64,000 nt of DNA from Pocillopora damicornis (lineage: Eukaryota): NCBI RefSeq assembly GCF_003704095.1, contig NW_020845389.1:310001-374000 (forward strand). The letters are read 5' to 3'. Numbering within the stretch: the first letter of the stretch is position 1; every line of letters begins with the position of its first letter. A model generated the notes under the pieces. The model did no database searches and had not been told where the DNA came from. It saw nothing but the letters and a program-made list of their open reading frames with translations. Made by a program: the position numbers and the translations under genes. Shown piece after piece: positions 12,487 through 24,651 of this stretch.

Positions 12487-14193
12487 GTACCTGATAGAGA
12501 AGTTGTAAACTCTACCAAGAACAACTGAAGTGATTGAATAGCGTTGGGAATCACAGTCTCGATCTTTTCGAGAAAACAAACTCGTTTCGTCGTTCCTTTC
12601 TGGGTTATAACGCTACTTCATTTCCACAAATTAAATAAACATCACGCCGCATCAGTTTTTTGCATTCTATTAGTTCCTTCTGGTGTTGTGGCGAACACCT
12701 GGTTGTCTGCTTTAGAGAAGGCGCTCCTTGTCAAGAATCACTTTTTATTAATTTTTTTTCCTGATTTTTTGAAGCAATATCGCTGACATCGTTCTTATAT
12801 ATTGAGAGAAACTCAATAAAATTTTGAAATTCCTTTTACTGCTATAATGTTTGTTCACTTCTTTTCATTTGTTGTTCTTTGCTATTTTGTTTCAAACCAC
12901 GCAAGCAGGCACTCACGAGAGTAAATTTTATGGGAACACTGGGAATTTCCAATGTTTTTTTTGCCGTTGTCCTCAAAAAGTACATGAGATCCCTTATAAT
13001 GATGATGAGACCAAACTCCCCAAACAGCTCGCAAATCATAAAATAGGTAGAACAAAGCGGTATCAAGTTAAAGAGAGAGTACCGTGATCAATATTATTTT
13101 GAAGAATATATATAGTTATAGTTTTGTCATTTCCCTACGACACAATTTTTGTCATCCCCAACATATCGAATATTTGCACGAAGATAAGTGTTCAAAGCAA
13201 AACAGCTCACAAACAACTTTTGGCAGCGGTCAATTTCTTCAATAAAGAGACAATTTCACCTGTCTCGGTCAAGTTTATCCAGTCCGTCAAATTAAAGTGA
13301 AAGCTTACGTTTACACTTATCGTTATTTAACCTGATTAAAATCAAATTGACATAACCAACTGAAAGGGGGCAGGTAAGCGATTAGATAAAATATATGATC
13401 AACGCAGACTAATGAATTGCAACGTGCACATCTGAACTTTCCCCGAGTTCATCGGTTTGGATCACTCAACCTCAGACAGAAACTTTGACGTGTCTGTCAA
13501 GTGCCTGAAAAAACATCCACATGCATCATAGATGCAAGCAAATAACAGTGAAGTTGCGCATCAGTTCTTTTATATAACAAACTTTCAAAAGGCTCATACC
13601 AACATCTCATTCCTTCACACGTGTTTCCGTTATATTACTTATGCCCTGAGAAAAAAATACTGCTTCAATCTGAATCTCATCGCTGTCTCGTTGAATACAC
13701 CTCAACCTTTCTCTCAACGGAATCAAAACGAAAATTTATCAAAAATACCATGAAATACCTGCCATTTATCAAAATTTTGTTTACAACTTTCACTTCAAAA
13801 ACCTGCTGCACAAGAATGTAATCAAAACACGTAACAATAGAAAAAAATTGATAACTCACCGCCGATTTAACTCATTAAATAGTAATAGAGGACATCTTTG
13901 AAAGTTGCTTGCCTCTTCGTGATCGTTGGATAATAGTGTCAGGTAAGACGTGACATTCTTCTCTAAACAGAAATATGATTAAGAGTGTTTATTCTCAAAA
14001 GAATATGAAATTCATCGGAAAAAAATACAACTACCAAGATACCAAATTTAAATTTGGCAAATGATATTTTTCAAAATATACAAATAGCTTTATGATCACT
14101 GGGGCTCATTGAAATCAGTAGTTGGCACTGAAAAGATGATTTCTCATGGGTGCATCTAACGAATCCTAGTTTCCTTTTGTTACAGAACAAATC

Positions 14194-15272
14194 ATGGATT
14201 ATCGGTTGGCTGTACTATTCACCCTGGGGCTAGCCTACACCGCCTCGTCGATGCACAGTAAGTTCAAATACAGTTTGGTATACTCTTATCACCAAACCCA
14301 AATACCAAACCAGTAACTTCAATTGATAGAATAAAAAGAAAAATAAGCTAGAAACTTAGATTTAAATAATGAGATGGCGTGGAAGCCCAATGTAAATCTC
14401 TCGGACTTGCTTTGAGCTTACTCGGTTTTACCAAAATTCTTCGCTGATTTTTTTTCCATCTTTAAAAAGATCTATCTATACAACAGGGCTACAACCAACA
14501 CAATGAATTGCCTCGAGATAGCGGTTTCAGAGAATATTTATCGCTCACTTCCTCTATATCTAGAAAAGTTTGCGTTCTGAGGTCCAGGCACACAAGAGCC
14601 TCGAATTCTGAAGAGTCATTAGCATGACCGAGCTTGCATATATCCACAATTTTGACGGCTGGCTCATCAAAAACCTATCCAAATTTATTCCTTTTATAAA
14701 ACGATTGGATGGCGAAGGCACTAACTGACTGACCGACAGACTGGCTGACTGATTGGCATCTTCCTTAAAAGACCTTACCAACTAACCGATTGACTGAATG
14801 AAAAATTAATCATCTCACTTTTTGACTGACCGACTAATTGACTGACTGACTGACAGAATAGAAGTCGAACTTTAAAAACGACCCTAGATATTATAGCAAT
14901 CGAACGTGTATGAGCTAAATGGAATGAAATGCTTGTTTCATAGCAAAGCGTGCAGCCTTCCCATGCGGAGCTGGCTGTCTTCCGCAGTGTGCCCCAAACT
15001 GCCTTGCAGACTGCTGCGGTAGTCCTCCACCAGCACCACCCGACCCACCTCTCCCAGCTGTGTCAGACATGATGAAGCCTCAGCCAGCACCTATCGTTGG
15101 ACCACAGGGACATCCTGGGTCACAGGGTTCCCCAGGAGTGATGGGACCTGTAGGACCCCCGGGAATTGGCGGAGCCCCCGGACCTCCGGGACCACCCGGA
15201 CCACCAGGACCTCCTGCACCCCCTGCTCCACCTGCTCCTGCGTGTTGTGCGGTGCCGCCCCCAGGGAAGTAA
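14194..15272 (+). CDS. Gene 5: minicollagen (~130 aa) with a canonical N-terminal CRD, 13 Gly-X-Y and a C-terminal CRD reduced to CC
   Basis: Exons 14194-14257 ([21 protein letters not shown]; donor GTAAGT 14258) and 14944-15272 (TKR|[22 protein letters not shown]-polyPro-(GXY)13[18 protein letters not shown]). Probable 5'UTR donor at 13943. Confidence 0.92.
14720..14855. repeat. Degenerate (GACT)n microsatellite in the gene 5 intron
   Basis: Repeated CTGA/CCGA/CTAA tetramers, e.g. TGACTGACTGACTGACAGA. Confidence 0.7.
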
Positions 15273-16832
15273 ATCTGTTTTGGAATCGTGTATAACCATC
15301 ACAACTCTTTTTTATTCTATGTACCAGCTTACCGACTTGATAAGACTTTCAAGAATTGTTGTTTCGCTTTTGAAGTGATGTAACGAAGGTTATGCGTTCC
15401 ATTTTGTTTATCTTTTACGTCCACTTCTAATATTTACAACATTGACAAGAATACTAATAATAAAGGTTATATTTATGATGGTAATGTTATAAGATTATCA
15501 TTAGTTTTAATAAGTTCTTTTTATCGCATTAGTATAATGTTGTTTTGCAAGAGAGGTGCTGCACACTACTAAAAAGAAGTTATCAGTATGAAAGTGAATT
15601 CGAAAAGGGAAAATTTACTAACAAGTATAATTAACATTATCTTGTAACATTGACTCGTGCGAGGGATTTGTACTAAATTGATGTAACAAGAGCCAATAAA
15701 AAGATTTAACAAATAAATCATAGTAGCCTTCATTATCGCTTTGTCTATTGCGATTTGAATGCTTTCCTTTAGTTTTCACAGCAAACTCTTTTAGCGTTTT
15801 GGTACGTCCCATTAACTCAAAAAATTAAATTTGGCAGTATATGCTGGTCGAGAATTGCATGATATTTTCTCTTTTAATAGACTTTGAGTATTTTGGTATC
15901 ACCTATAACATGTCAGGTTTGTTAAATCCTCAACGTTAGGAACGAGCTTCCTCAGGCTCTTCGCTGCCCAGCCACTTATGCAGTTTTTATGCGGAAATTC
16001 TCTAGTCTACCGCTTTCACCCTCAAATACTGATTGACGTAGCGTGATAGATCTTTTCGTGTCCTTAAACCGCGCGCGCTTAAAAATTTGTCACGCTGTAT
16101 CTTATGAAGTTATCCTACTTACTTCACGTGTCACAAAAACTACCAGTCGTTCTGCTCAACTACAAAACGCACTCACTCAACTCAAGCGAAGATCAAAAAC
16201 GACAGCAGTAGAATTAAGACACCTGCAATAAACTAAAACTGTGTTCACCAATCGTTCCGCTTCAGTGTTTTTATTGTGAAGCAGTTCTCATAAAATGCGC
16301 CCACAATCAATATGCCACCTTCAGTTCATTAGGGCAACTGCGCTTTAGCTTTGCGCGTATTTCCCTTTTCATGAAGAATGCAAATAAAATCAAGGCAAGA
16401 AAAGACTCGCAATCGGCCCCGTTTCCTACTATAACTCAAGTTGTTCCACTCCTGCGCATGAGCGCGTTGTCGGGTTGTCTGATAAACGTAAGCTCTCAAA
16501 TATGTTTTGAATTACGTGCTTGAGAGGTTGAGATCACACAATAAAATCATTGAACAACAGAGCGTTAAGCAGTTTGTTTTGAAGGAGGGACTAGAAGGTA
16601 GGTCCGTTCATCGTTTGAAGCCGTGAACATATCTATATATGACTAATAGAGTAGTTAAGCTGGAAAGGTATTCAATGAAAGAAGACCACGGAAGACCGTT
16701 TACGTAAAAAGCAGAGCCGTCACATCATTGACAAAAGAAAATTTAAGAATACGGGTCAATAATTCTGTCGAACATTCGTTTAATTCATTTACATTAAATT
16801 TCAATTTTGTTTTTGTTTACTTGAGACTAAAC

Positions 16833-18101
16833 ATGAATATCCGGATTCTGCTGTTGATTGCCATTGGACTGGTACTCTGTGCCGCTGATCCAATCAAGAG
16901 TAAGTAAAAATGCTTATCAGCATATCTTATTTCCTTCTCCATAGCAAAGCCCTTTCGACTCTAAAGAGAGTGCATCTTTTATTAAATGGTTTAGCCGTAA
17001 AATTTAATAGAAAATCTAGAACGACAAACCCACCCTGATGAATTTTGCTTATTATTTGTGCGTAAGAAGTGGGTATAATTAAATCTACACAAGGCCTTTC
17101 TAAAATCCAAAGATATCACTACATCTGTTTTGATAACCTGCATTTAGACAATTTTGCAAAATTCCAAGAGATAGAGACTTGAGGCAGCTATTACAATTTT
17201 TTTTCCGCCAAAATGACAATTGTCCCCAAAATTCAGGTTGCTACAAGAAAACCTCATACTCAGATTTGTGCAGTGTTTGGTGGAAAATGTGAGGTTTTCC
17301 GATTAAAGAGAATGAGTGACTGCCGTTTAGTCAATTTGAATTGGGTAAAGAATGCTTAAAATAAGCAATATAAATGTAGTCGCAATATGTGGCCTCGTAG
17401 TTCCATTGAAGGCATCAGTGAAGATTGAAAGTGTTTTGATTGCTTTTCCAATTACTGGACCATTTTCTTCCTCACTCTTCTGCTATTATTTCTAACCCTC
17501 CACTGTTTTCTCAAGAAAATTATTTTTCTTTTAACAACAGAAATATGCTACAAATGAAAAAATCTGAATATGTCACTTGTTGTTATATCCAGGAAATATG
17601 TCTTTGATTAGGCGAAAAGGCGCACACAAAACCTCTGGATGTAAGGAACAAAGTCACCTATGATCTAAGATGGCGGTATTAAGACCGGATCAAGAGGAAC
17701 TTGAATAATTATCTAGAACTACCTCGAAGTGATGAACTACCTACTTCCTTCACAATCTCAATATATCATGCAGAAAACATAAAATGAAAGCTGACAAACT
17801 TAAAAACCGCGAGCAAGGAGGATTGTCTTGATGAGACAATAAATTTAATGACAGCTGGTGAGATCTTGAGAATTCAAAGTAGTTAGAAAGCTAAACGTTG
17901 ATTTTGCTTGACATTTCAGCCAAAAGGGATGCGCAATACAATTACATGTATCCTGGTTCCGAAGGATCCCAAGGCCCCCAAGGCCCTATTGGTAACGCGG
18001 GAAGACGAGGACCAACCGGAGATCCCGGACCACCAGGACCACCCGGACCTCCTGGACCACCCGGACCACCCGCTCCACCAGGCCCCGCCGGAAGAAGATA
18101 A
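16833..18101 (+). CDS. Gene 6: very short collagen (~82 aa precursor) with a cysteine-free mature peptide
   Basis: Exons 16833-16899 ([22 protein letters not shown]; donor GTAAGT 16900) and 17920-18101 (TKR|DAQYNYMYP-(GXY)13-APP-GPA-GRR*). Confidence 0.88.
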
Positions 18102-18863
18102 ATGAAGAATTTACAGAAAAGAAATGCGAAAGAAATTTTGTACTTCTCTGCATTTCGTTCAATGATTGTTAGTTCATATTGGAACGAATTAAACTGATTT
18201 GAAAGCCATGATAAAGCCATGTGAAATTTTGAAGGAAAAAAAAATTAATAAAAAAACCATATCGAAGACTCTTAATCTCTTGTATTTGATTTGACGTAGT
18301 TATATTTTCTTTCTTATACCACTAAAACTTTGTTTTGTTCTGGTCTTCTTCTGCTCAGTCAATAACATAATAGCATTCAACTATCAGAAATCACACAGAG
18401 GGAAAGACTTTTTCCATATTACGTATAGCTATTTCATGTGAAAACGAAGAAACTAACTTACGAACACCTCGTTAGCAAAAAGTTTTCGGCTTCGCTTAGG
18501 GTTATTTTCCTAGACTATTTCAATTCTTGATTTTTGTTGCTGTTGTTGTTTTTTTGTCTTTATGTTCTGCTGCTGGAAATCTTAATATACCTAACACATT
18601 GTGTACCTGCAGAAACTGCTTTATAGTTCATTCGCTGGCCCACCTCAACGATACTCAGTATAAAACAACACTGATTGGACGCTTTTTACCCTAATAAAAA
18701 CACTCCACAATTGCATAATATCAACCAGTTAATTCAGACTAGAGAGGGACTATGATCATGTTCTATTTCCCGCCTTTACGAAAAGACCCAAAAATGTTGA
18801 GATCGTAATTACTGTTTTTTCGTGATAACAGACAGTGAAAGCACAGCTTTGCATGTAATATTC

Positions 18864-19294
18864 GCAGTAATGAACATTACTTAAGCAGTAGTGAAAAGAA
18901 GCACTGCACCGGTATCGCAGAGGTCATGGGTTCAAATCCCGTACAGGCCTGAATTTTTTTCAGGCCTTCTTTTCATTACTGCGAACGTCGCTATCATATT
19001 CACGTCTTTATCCGCAGTTCAAATATATGACTTTCATATTTCCGCAGCCGTTTATTTACCACTTCACGGGTTTATTTGGAGCCACCTCCCAGTTGGCTTA
19101 TTAGCTCATTTGGTAGAGCATTGCACCGGAATCGCAGAGGTCATGGGTTCAAATCCCGTAGAGGCCTGAATTTTTTTTTTCCAGGCCTTCTTTTCACTAT
19201 TGCCTAAGTAGTATTCATTACTGCGGAGATCGCTATCATATTCACGTCTTTATCCGCAGTTCAAATATACGACTTTCATATATTCACAGCCGTT
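18864..19294 (+). mobile_element. tRNA-derived SINE-like repeat: two tandem units plus an inverted fragment
   Basis: tRNA-like head at 19095-19167 (TAGCTCATTTGGTAGAGC A box, GGGTTCAAATCCC B box). A 5'-truncated copy lies at ~18901-19052 with the same tail (ATCATATTCACGTCTTTATCCGCAGTTCAAATAT). 18864-18902 is the reverse complement of ~19185-19224. Confidence 0.75.
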
Positions 19295-20825
19295 TAGTAT
19301 GCCAAGATGTTCGAAAAGCGATTAGAAGTACTAATCGATGTTCTCGTTTTGTTATCCAAAGTAATCATATGGGCCAATCAGATGAAAGGAAAATGTCACG
19401 AGAAGCCAATGAGAACTCAAAGTAAAAGCAGGCAAACTAACTGAGCCAATCACAACAGAGAAGATCAAAACCAAAGCGATCCCAGGTTGCCTTCGACAAT
19501 CAATCGAAAATTGCTCTAACGGACTCGGTGTCCAAACTCAGTTAGCTGAGAATACCGACAAAGTTAGTTCCTAATTATTTTTATTTTTCTGGTCCGATAA
19601 TGAGATTTTTAATTCATTTAATAATCGTAGATCGAGGATACAGCTTCTCTGAAAATGAAAATAGTGTAGCCTGAACCGATACGAGCCTTATGATACCTTT
19701 TCATCTTTTTCAATACCAGCACGAAAAACCCACCAGCTAAACGCATCAAGGGATAAAATGTTTGTTTAGCAGTCTCCGGTTGTGAGCAGACGATAAACGT
19801 ATATAATGGCCAGATTATCCAACTGATTTTTCAAAACGCTCACATAAGAAAAAGGCTAATTATTCTGCATGAAGGAAGCTTTTACGTTGGCAAGTCTCAA
19901 AACAGCCCGGTTCAAAAATGATTGAAAAAATTGAGAGAAAATCTAAAATTAAAGTACCAAATCGACCGCAATCTATTATTAATGGCTGAGAATCAGCGAT
20001 CGCCATTCAAAGAGAATGCAAACGTCGATAGGTTTTCACAGTTGCCATTTTAAGTGTTTGTAAGGTTTTAAGTTGAATTAGCTCGCGCATAGATATGCTT
20101 TCCAATCTCGGTAAGAAAACGAAAACCTCTTCGGAGTAGCTTTTGAGGCTTCTGTCACCAGTGTTACATTACTTGCTCGACGTTATCTAATATTATCAAC
20201 ACCTTGGCGGATGTTTTTTTCTCTACTTCCATCTACAATTCTGTCGGTTTTTTTTCAGATTTCATCCTCTTCCGCTTCTTGAATTGATCATCAGTGCATG
20301 AGTGATTTACTTAATATAACCGGCACGACATTTGGCCTTCGCTTGCTCGCATCCAAGTGAAATCTAATAACATTTTAGACCTTGCCTGGTCTCTATAAAA
20401 AATTGAACGGTTCAAAAGCTAAAGAACAATGGTTTGAACCGGTACCGTGAAGGGCAGGTCAATAACCCTTGCTTATTCTTACATCATGAGTAGATAACGA
20501 GGATTGTTCCCTTCTATTTCCCCCTGTGGTAAAATAACAACAAACAGCATTTTCTCTTGGGTGGAAAAGGTTATCGGAAGAAGGTAAAACGTGAAATTTA
20601 AGCGATAGAGCCATCTTAATTCACCTTTAGCGAGCTCAGAATGTGTTTAAGTCCGTGACGCATTGGAAGGCACTTAAAATTTCGGGTTCGCCTAAGTTGT
20701 CCTCAGCTCTTCAAGTTGGTGAACCAGAACACTTCCGAGCCAAAACAATTATGGATTGTACGTAGATCTGAGTTAAATTGTTTCACAACCTATAACGAGT
20801 TCTTTCTTTTCAATCCTTCAGGAAA

Positions 20826-23510
20826 ATGGGGATAAGATTTTTCGTATTTGTTGTCCTTTTGGGACTAACACTTTCTACATTAGACGCCAAGTCTTTAAAA
20901 GGTAAGAGAATCTTTTCTAAAAATATTTGGTATTTTATATTCATCAGTTGATATCATAGAAAGTTTTCACAAATCTCTGAAATATCTTCTTTCCTCTCCT
21001 GAGAGCAAATAATTCTTTAAATACACTTCACCGTGTGCAAAGTGTGCAATCTAAACTTGAACCACTTTTGAAGGCCACGGTTGGATTAACTAAACAATTT
21101 AATATTTTATCGAATGCAATGTTTCCCTCTTAATCAACTTAATAGGAGGGGTTTTTCAGCGTTAATCTCTTCCCGATACTGCTATGAAATTTAACTGTAA
21201 TTTAGTGCGTAACACTGTGACAGTTTGAGAAAAATTAGGTTGAATCAAGCTACCACAACAAAACGTAAAACCATCTTAGCTACAACCATTTTAACTCCTT
21301 AAATTTGTGAACTGTTGAAGAAGAATACTTAAAACGAAGAATTTAAATTTGCATAGTTTCCGACTTTTCACTTTAGCTAAGTTTAGTTAAGCGGTTTGAT
21401 CTCTTCTCGAGTATCTGATGATCGGGGTAAAAACACACGTGAGAAGACTGTCTGTGATCTGCGTCATAATTGACTTTATGTGTAAGGTTACTTGATACTC
21501 ACAAAACTCTTCACACAATGGCTATCACAATTTCTCAGAAATGATTAGTGAAAGAGTCAAGTTATTTAAGGGAGTTAGGTATAAAAGTTCTTTTATACCG
21601 CTGACCTTCTTTTAATTTTAAATTTTTTTTTCTTCTCTCCCCTACAAAAGGACACAAGAAATCCAAGCACGGTAAGCTCCTTAAAGCTCTCATTCATACG
21701 GGGCCCGAGAAAGGTAATCAATGAATCGCTCATTTGCATGCCCATGTTTCAACTGAAATTTGCATGTGGAACGGACACCGTATGTAATGGCTTGTGCAGA
21801 TTTGCTATGGTTAACGTTACTAAGAAAAGATTAGAACTGCAATTCCCTAATTCCGCACTTACTTTAGACTGCTGAAGCTTGGAAGTGGTTCCAAAAGGTA
21901 CGGTGATGCTTCCGAAATTTAAAAATGAACATGACAATAATTTGAACACCTCACAAGATCACGAATGCACCTCTCAATCTTGATTGAAACGATTAAAGGC
22001 AGCCGAAACACTGAATTTAATGTTAGAAAAACCTCCTAGATCATGTTTGCTTTACTATGCCGTACACATATACGGTCAAAGAAACCAAGGTTACACTACT
22101 TTCTGCAAGAGCGGCTTCCTTGGGAAAATCGCGATAGTTTCTGGCTTTTTTCGTTGCTTGTCAGAGAAAGGCCGTGCAAAATGTTCTGATTTCCTCTTAA
22201 TTTGTCATAGACGAAGACACAAAGAAGAATGATGAACCTGCTGCCGAAGAAGCCTCAGGAAGTGCTGCTGGTAAGTGGGTAGCATGTGCACATTTAGGGC
22301 TTTAGCCTGTTAAGACGTTTTTTACATGTAGGCAACATACACACACACTTGAGGATAGCATCCGTGATCTGAAAATGGTCTCCACCAACACATTTTCGCC
22401 TAGAATCCAGACCTGGCGAGCGTGTCTTTGCTCATCCGCCATTGACTTGGAAAAATAAAACTCAAAACAAAGTTTGATAGGAAATAAAGCAATACTCAAT
22501 GCATCTGTCATATCTGCCTTTACTCCTCGCGGACTATTCGGGTTACGTTGTGTCAATTATCAAGCTCAAAACTTTTTCTCGTTCAAACATAATTATAGGT
22601 GCATCCGCAGCCGGAAGTGGAGAAGAATCCGGCTCCACCGAAGAAGGTATGCTTGTTTTATTTCTTGGAATATTGTCCAGATTACTTTGAGCTTTTTTGC
22701 CATAAATCACTCAAGGTAATTTGATAACCTCTATGTGGCAAAGCGTCAATTCTAGTTTGTCATAAGAGACAAAAACATGAAAGAGATTAAATTTCTAGCA
22801 GAGCGTTCGAGTAGACTTTAGGGTACTCTTGGCGTGTAAAGGGGATTCGAGTTTTTTTGTTTCTTTGATTCGAGGTTTTTGTTTTCCTTACTAAGAAGCA
22901 AACAAAGTGTTAATTATTGAAACGAAAAACTTAGACTGCTTAATTAGTTTTGCAATCAGAGGGAGTAATATACAACACTGTTACTATTTCGGCTGGTGCC
23001 TTATTGACATTCAGTTCACATTTCATTACTGCAGTAGGTGTTTTCTGTCCACAGCCTTTTGCACAGATTTAATTTCGTTTTCCTTATTCTGTTCTGACAG
23101 CTCCACCAACTGAAGGTGAAGGACCACCTCCTCTCGTAGTCCCCACCCCTGCCCCTGAACCCCGAATCTGCCCTGGCACCTGTCCCCAAGTGTGCGCACC
23201 AGCCTGTATGGAGAACTGTTGTCAAACACCCATGCCCCCACCCTGCACACCACCTGGTCCTTGCCCTGCTCCCTTGCCGGTACCAATGCCTGCTCCTTGT
23301 CCCTCAGTTTGTGCACCAATGAATCTTCCCTCATGTTGCCAAGCTCCACCCCCTCCACCCCCTCCCCCACCCCCACCTCCACCACCAGCCGGTCCCCCAG
23401 TTGTTCTTTGTGGAACTACCTGTGTTGATGGATGCGGACCGACTTGCCCACCACAATGCTGCAAGCACCACAAGAGAGGACAACTAAAGAGAACCTCGCA
23501 CAAACACTGA
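20826..23510 (+). CDS. Gene 7 isoform A: collagen-free polyproline/3-CRD protein with an acidic Ser-Gly segment (~204 aa)
   Basis: Exons 20826-20901 (MGIRFFVFVVLLGLTLSTLDAKSLK), 21651-21671 (GHKKSKH), 22211-22270 (DEDTKKNDEPAAEEASGSAA), 22599-22646 (GASAAGSGEESGSTEE) and 23101-23510 (CPGTCPQVCAPACMENCC; CPSVCAPMNLPSCC; polyPro; CGTTCVDGCGPTCPPQCC; basic tail). All introns are phase-1 GT-AG and the total length is divisible by 3. Confidence 0.82.
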
Positions 23511-24112
23511 GACTTAGTCAATCATCTCTCAGCTGTAAATAGAACTGTGATGGTACTCCTTGGATGTCCAAGGAATTACATAGCTGATTTAGAAATCATT
23601 CCAAGAATGCTATAGTTAATACAATAATTGAACTTTGATAATCAATGATTTTTCAACGAAATGTAATTTAAATTTAGATTGGTTTACGGTTAGGACAGAT
23701 TGATTTTATAATATGATTTGAAGGAATAAATTTGTTCTGATTAATGTTTTGAGACAAGTTTCTTGAGAATTCTCTGTTCCTCTTCTTGAACGTTTGGCAA
23801 GGCTTCCCATCTTTAACTTCTGGCTCAGTTTTCTATGCTTGCATGTTTGACAACAACTTATAGAAAGGAAAGAGGAAGCACATTTTGAAAAGCGAATGAC
23901 CTGATCATTATCGTCTGCCACCGAGTTAAAGCTCGGGAGCCTTGACTCTTTGTAATTTTCACTAAATTTTACACTTTTAGGTAGAATGTATCTACCGCAA
24001 GTGCGATCTCTTTCGACAAATTACTGTTTGGCAAAAAGAAATATAGGAAACATAAAGTCTAACTGTTGTCAAAAATGTAAGCTAATCCATTTTCTTTCCT
24101 TTCCTTTCGTAG

Positions 24113-24651
24113 CTGAGGCAACTTCGACGCCTAAACTACCATTTAAGGTTGTAGGTCCTCTAGGGGGACACCCACATCCAGGTCCTCCAGCTGCATACAA
24201 TCCGTGTCCCCAGCCTCGATACTGCGACCCCGCCAGGTGCAAAGATCCAATTGGATGTGCTCCATCGTGCTCTGAGACTTGCTGTGCCGATATTCTTATT
24301 CCACCACCTACTCCACCCGTCGGTTCTGGGGCAGGTCCATGCCCTGATGCATGCGCACCGACATATCAGCCTTCGTGTTGCATGGGTGCCCCTCCCCCTA
24401 TGGCTACTCAGCCATTTCCTCAACCCGTATATCCCCCTATGGGACCTCAACCAGGATTCGCACCCCCAGCTGGTTATGGTCAACCTGTAGTCATTCCGCA
24501 GCCTCCACCTGGCGGATGTGGACAGAGCTGCTTAGCCACAAATTGTGCCCCACCCTGCCCACCGCAGTGCTGTCGAAGAAAGAAGTCAGTGATTCACCAC
24601 CACGACCGTAAGACGAGATCTTTAACGTCACGCTTTGCAATGTGCCACTAG
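24113..24651 (+). CDS. Orphan 3-CRD terminal exon, probably the alternative last exon of gene 7 (isoform B, ~247 aa)
   Basis: Strong polypyrimidine acceptor (TTTCTTTCCTTTCCTTTCGTAG, AG 24111-24112), phase 1 and compatible with the donor at 22647. Encodes CKDPIGCAPSCSETCC, CPDACAPTYQPSCC and CGQSCLATNCAPPCPPQCC plus an RRKK tail. I found no signal-peptide exon between 23510 and 24113. Confidence 0.75.

Noticed and set aside
144-18101. Assigning NCol gene symbols or orthology to genes 1-6, or NOWA/cnidoin/spinalin names to genes 7-12
   Set aside because: The architectures deviate from the named proteins, and orthology needs a phylogenetic search I cannot run.
19095-19167. tRNA-like sequence as a real tRNA gene
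   Set aside because: The anticodon arm pairs poorly and the sequence sits in a tandemly repeated unit with a shared tail, which fits a SINE head.
23986-24112. ATG at 23986 as the start of an independent single-exon gene
   Set aside because: It has no credible signal peptide, and its only hydrophobic stretch is the translated polypyrimidine tract of the acceptor at 24111-24112. Not fully excluded.
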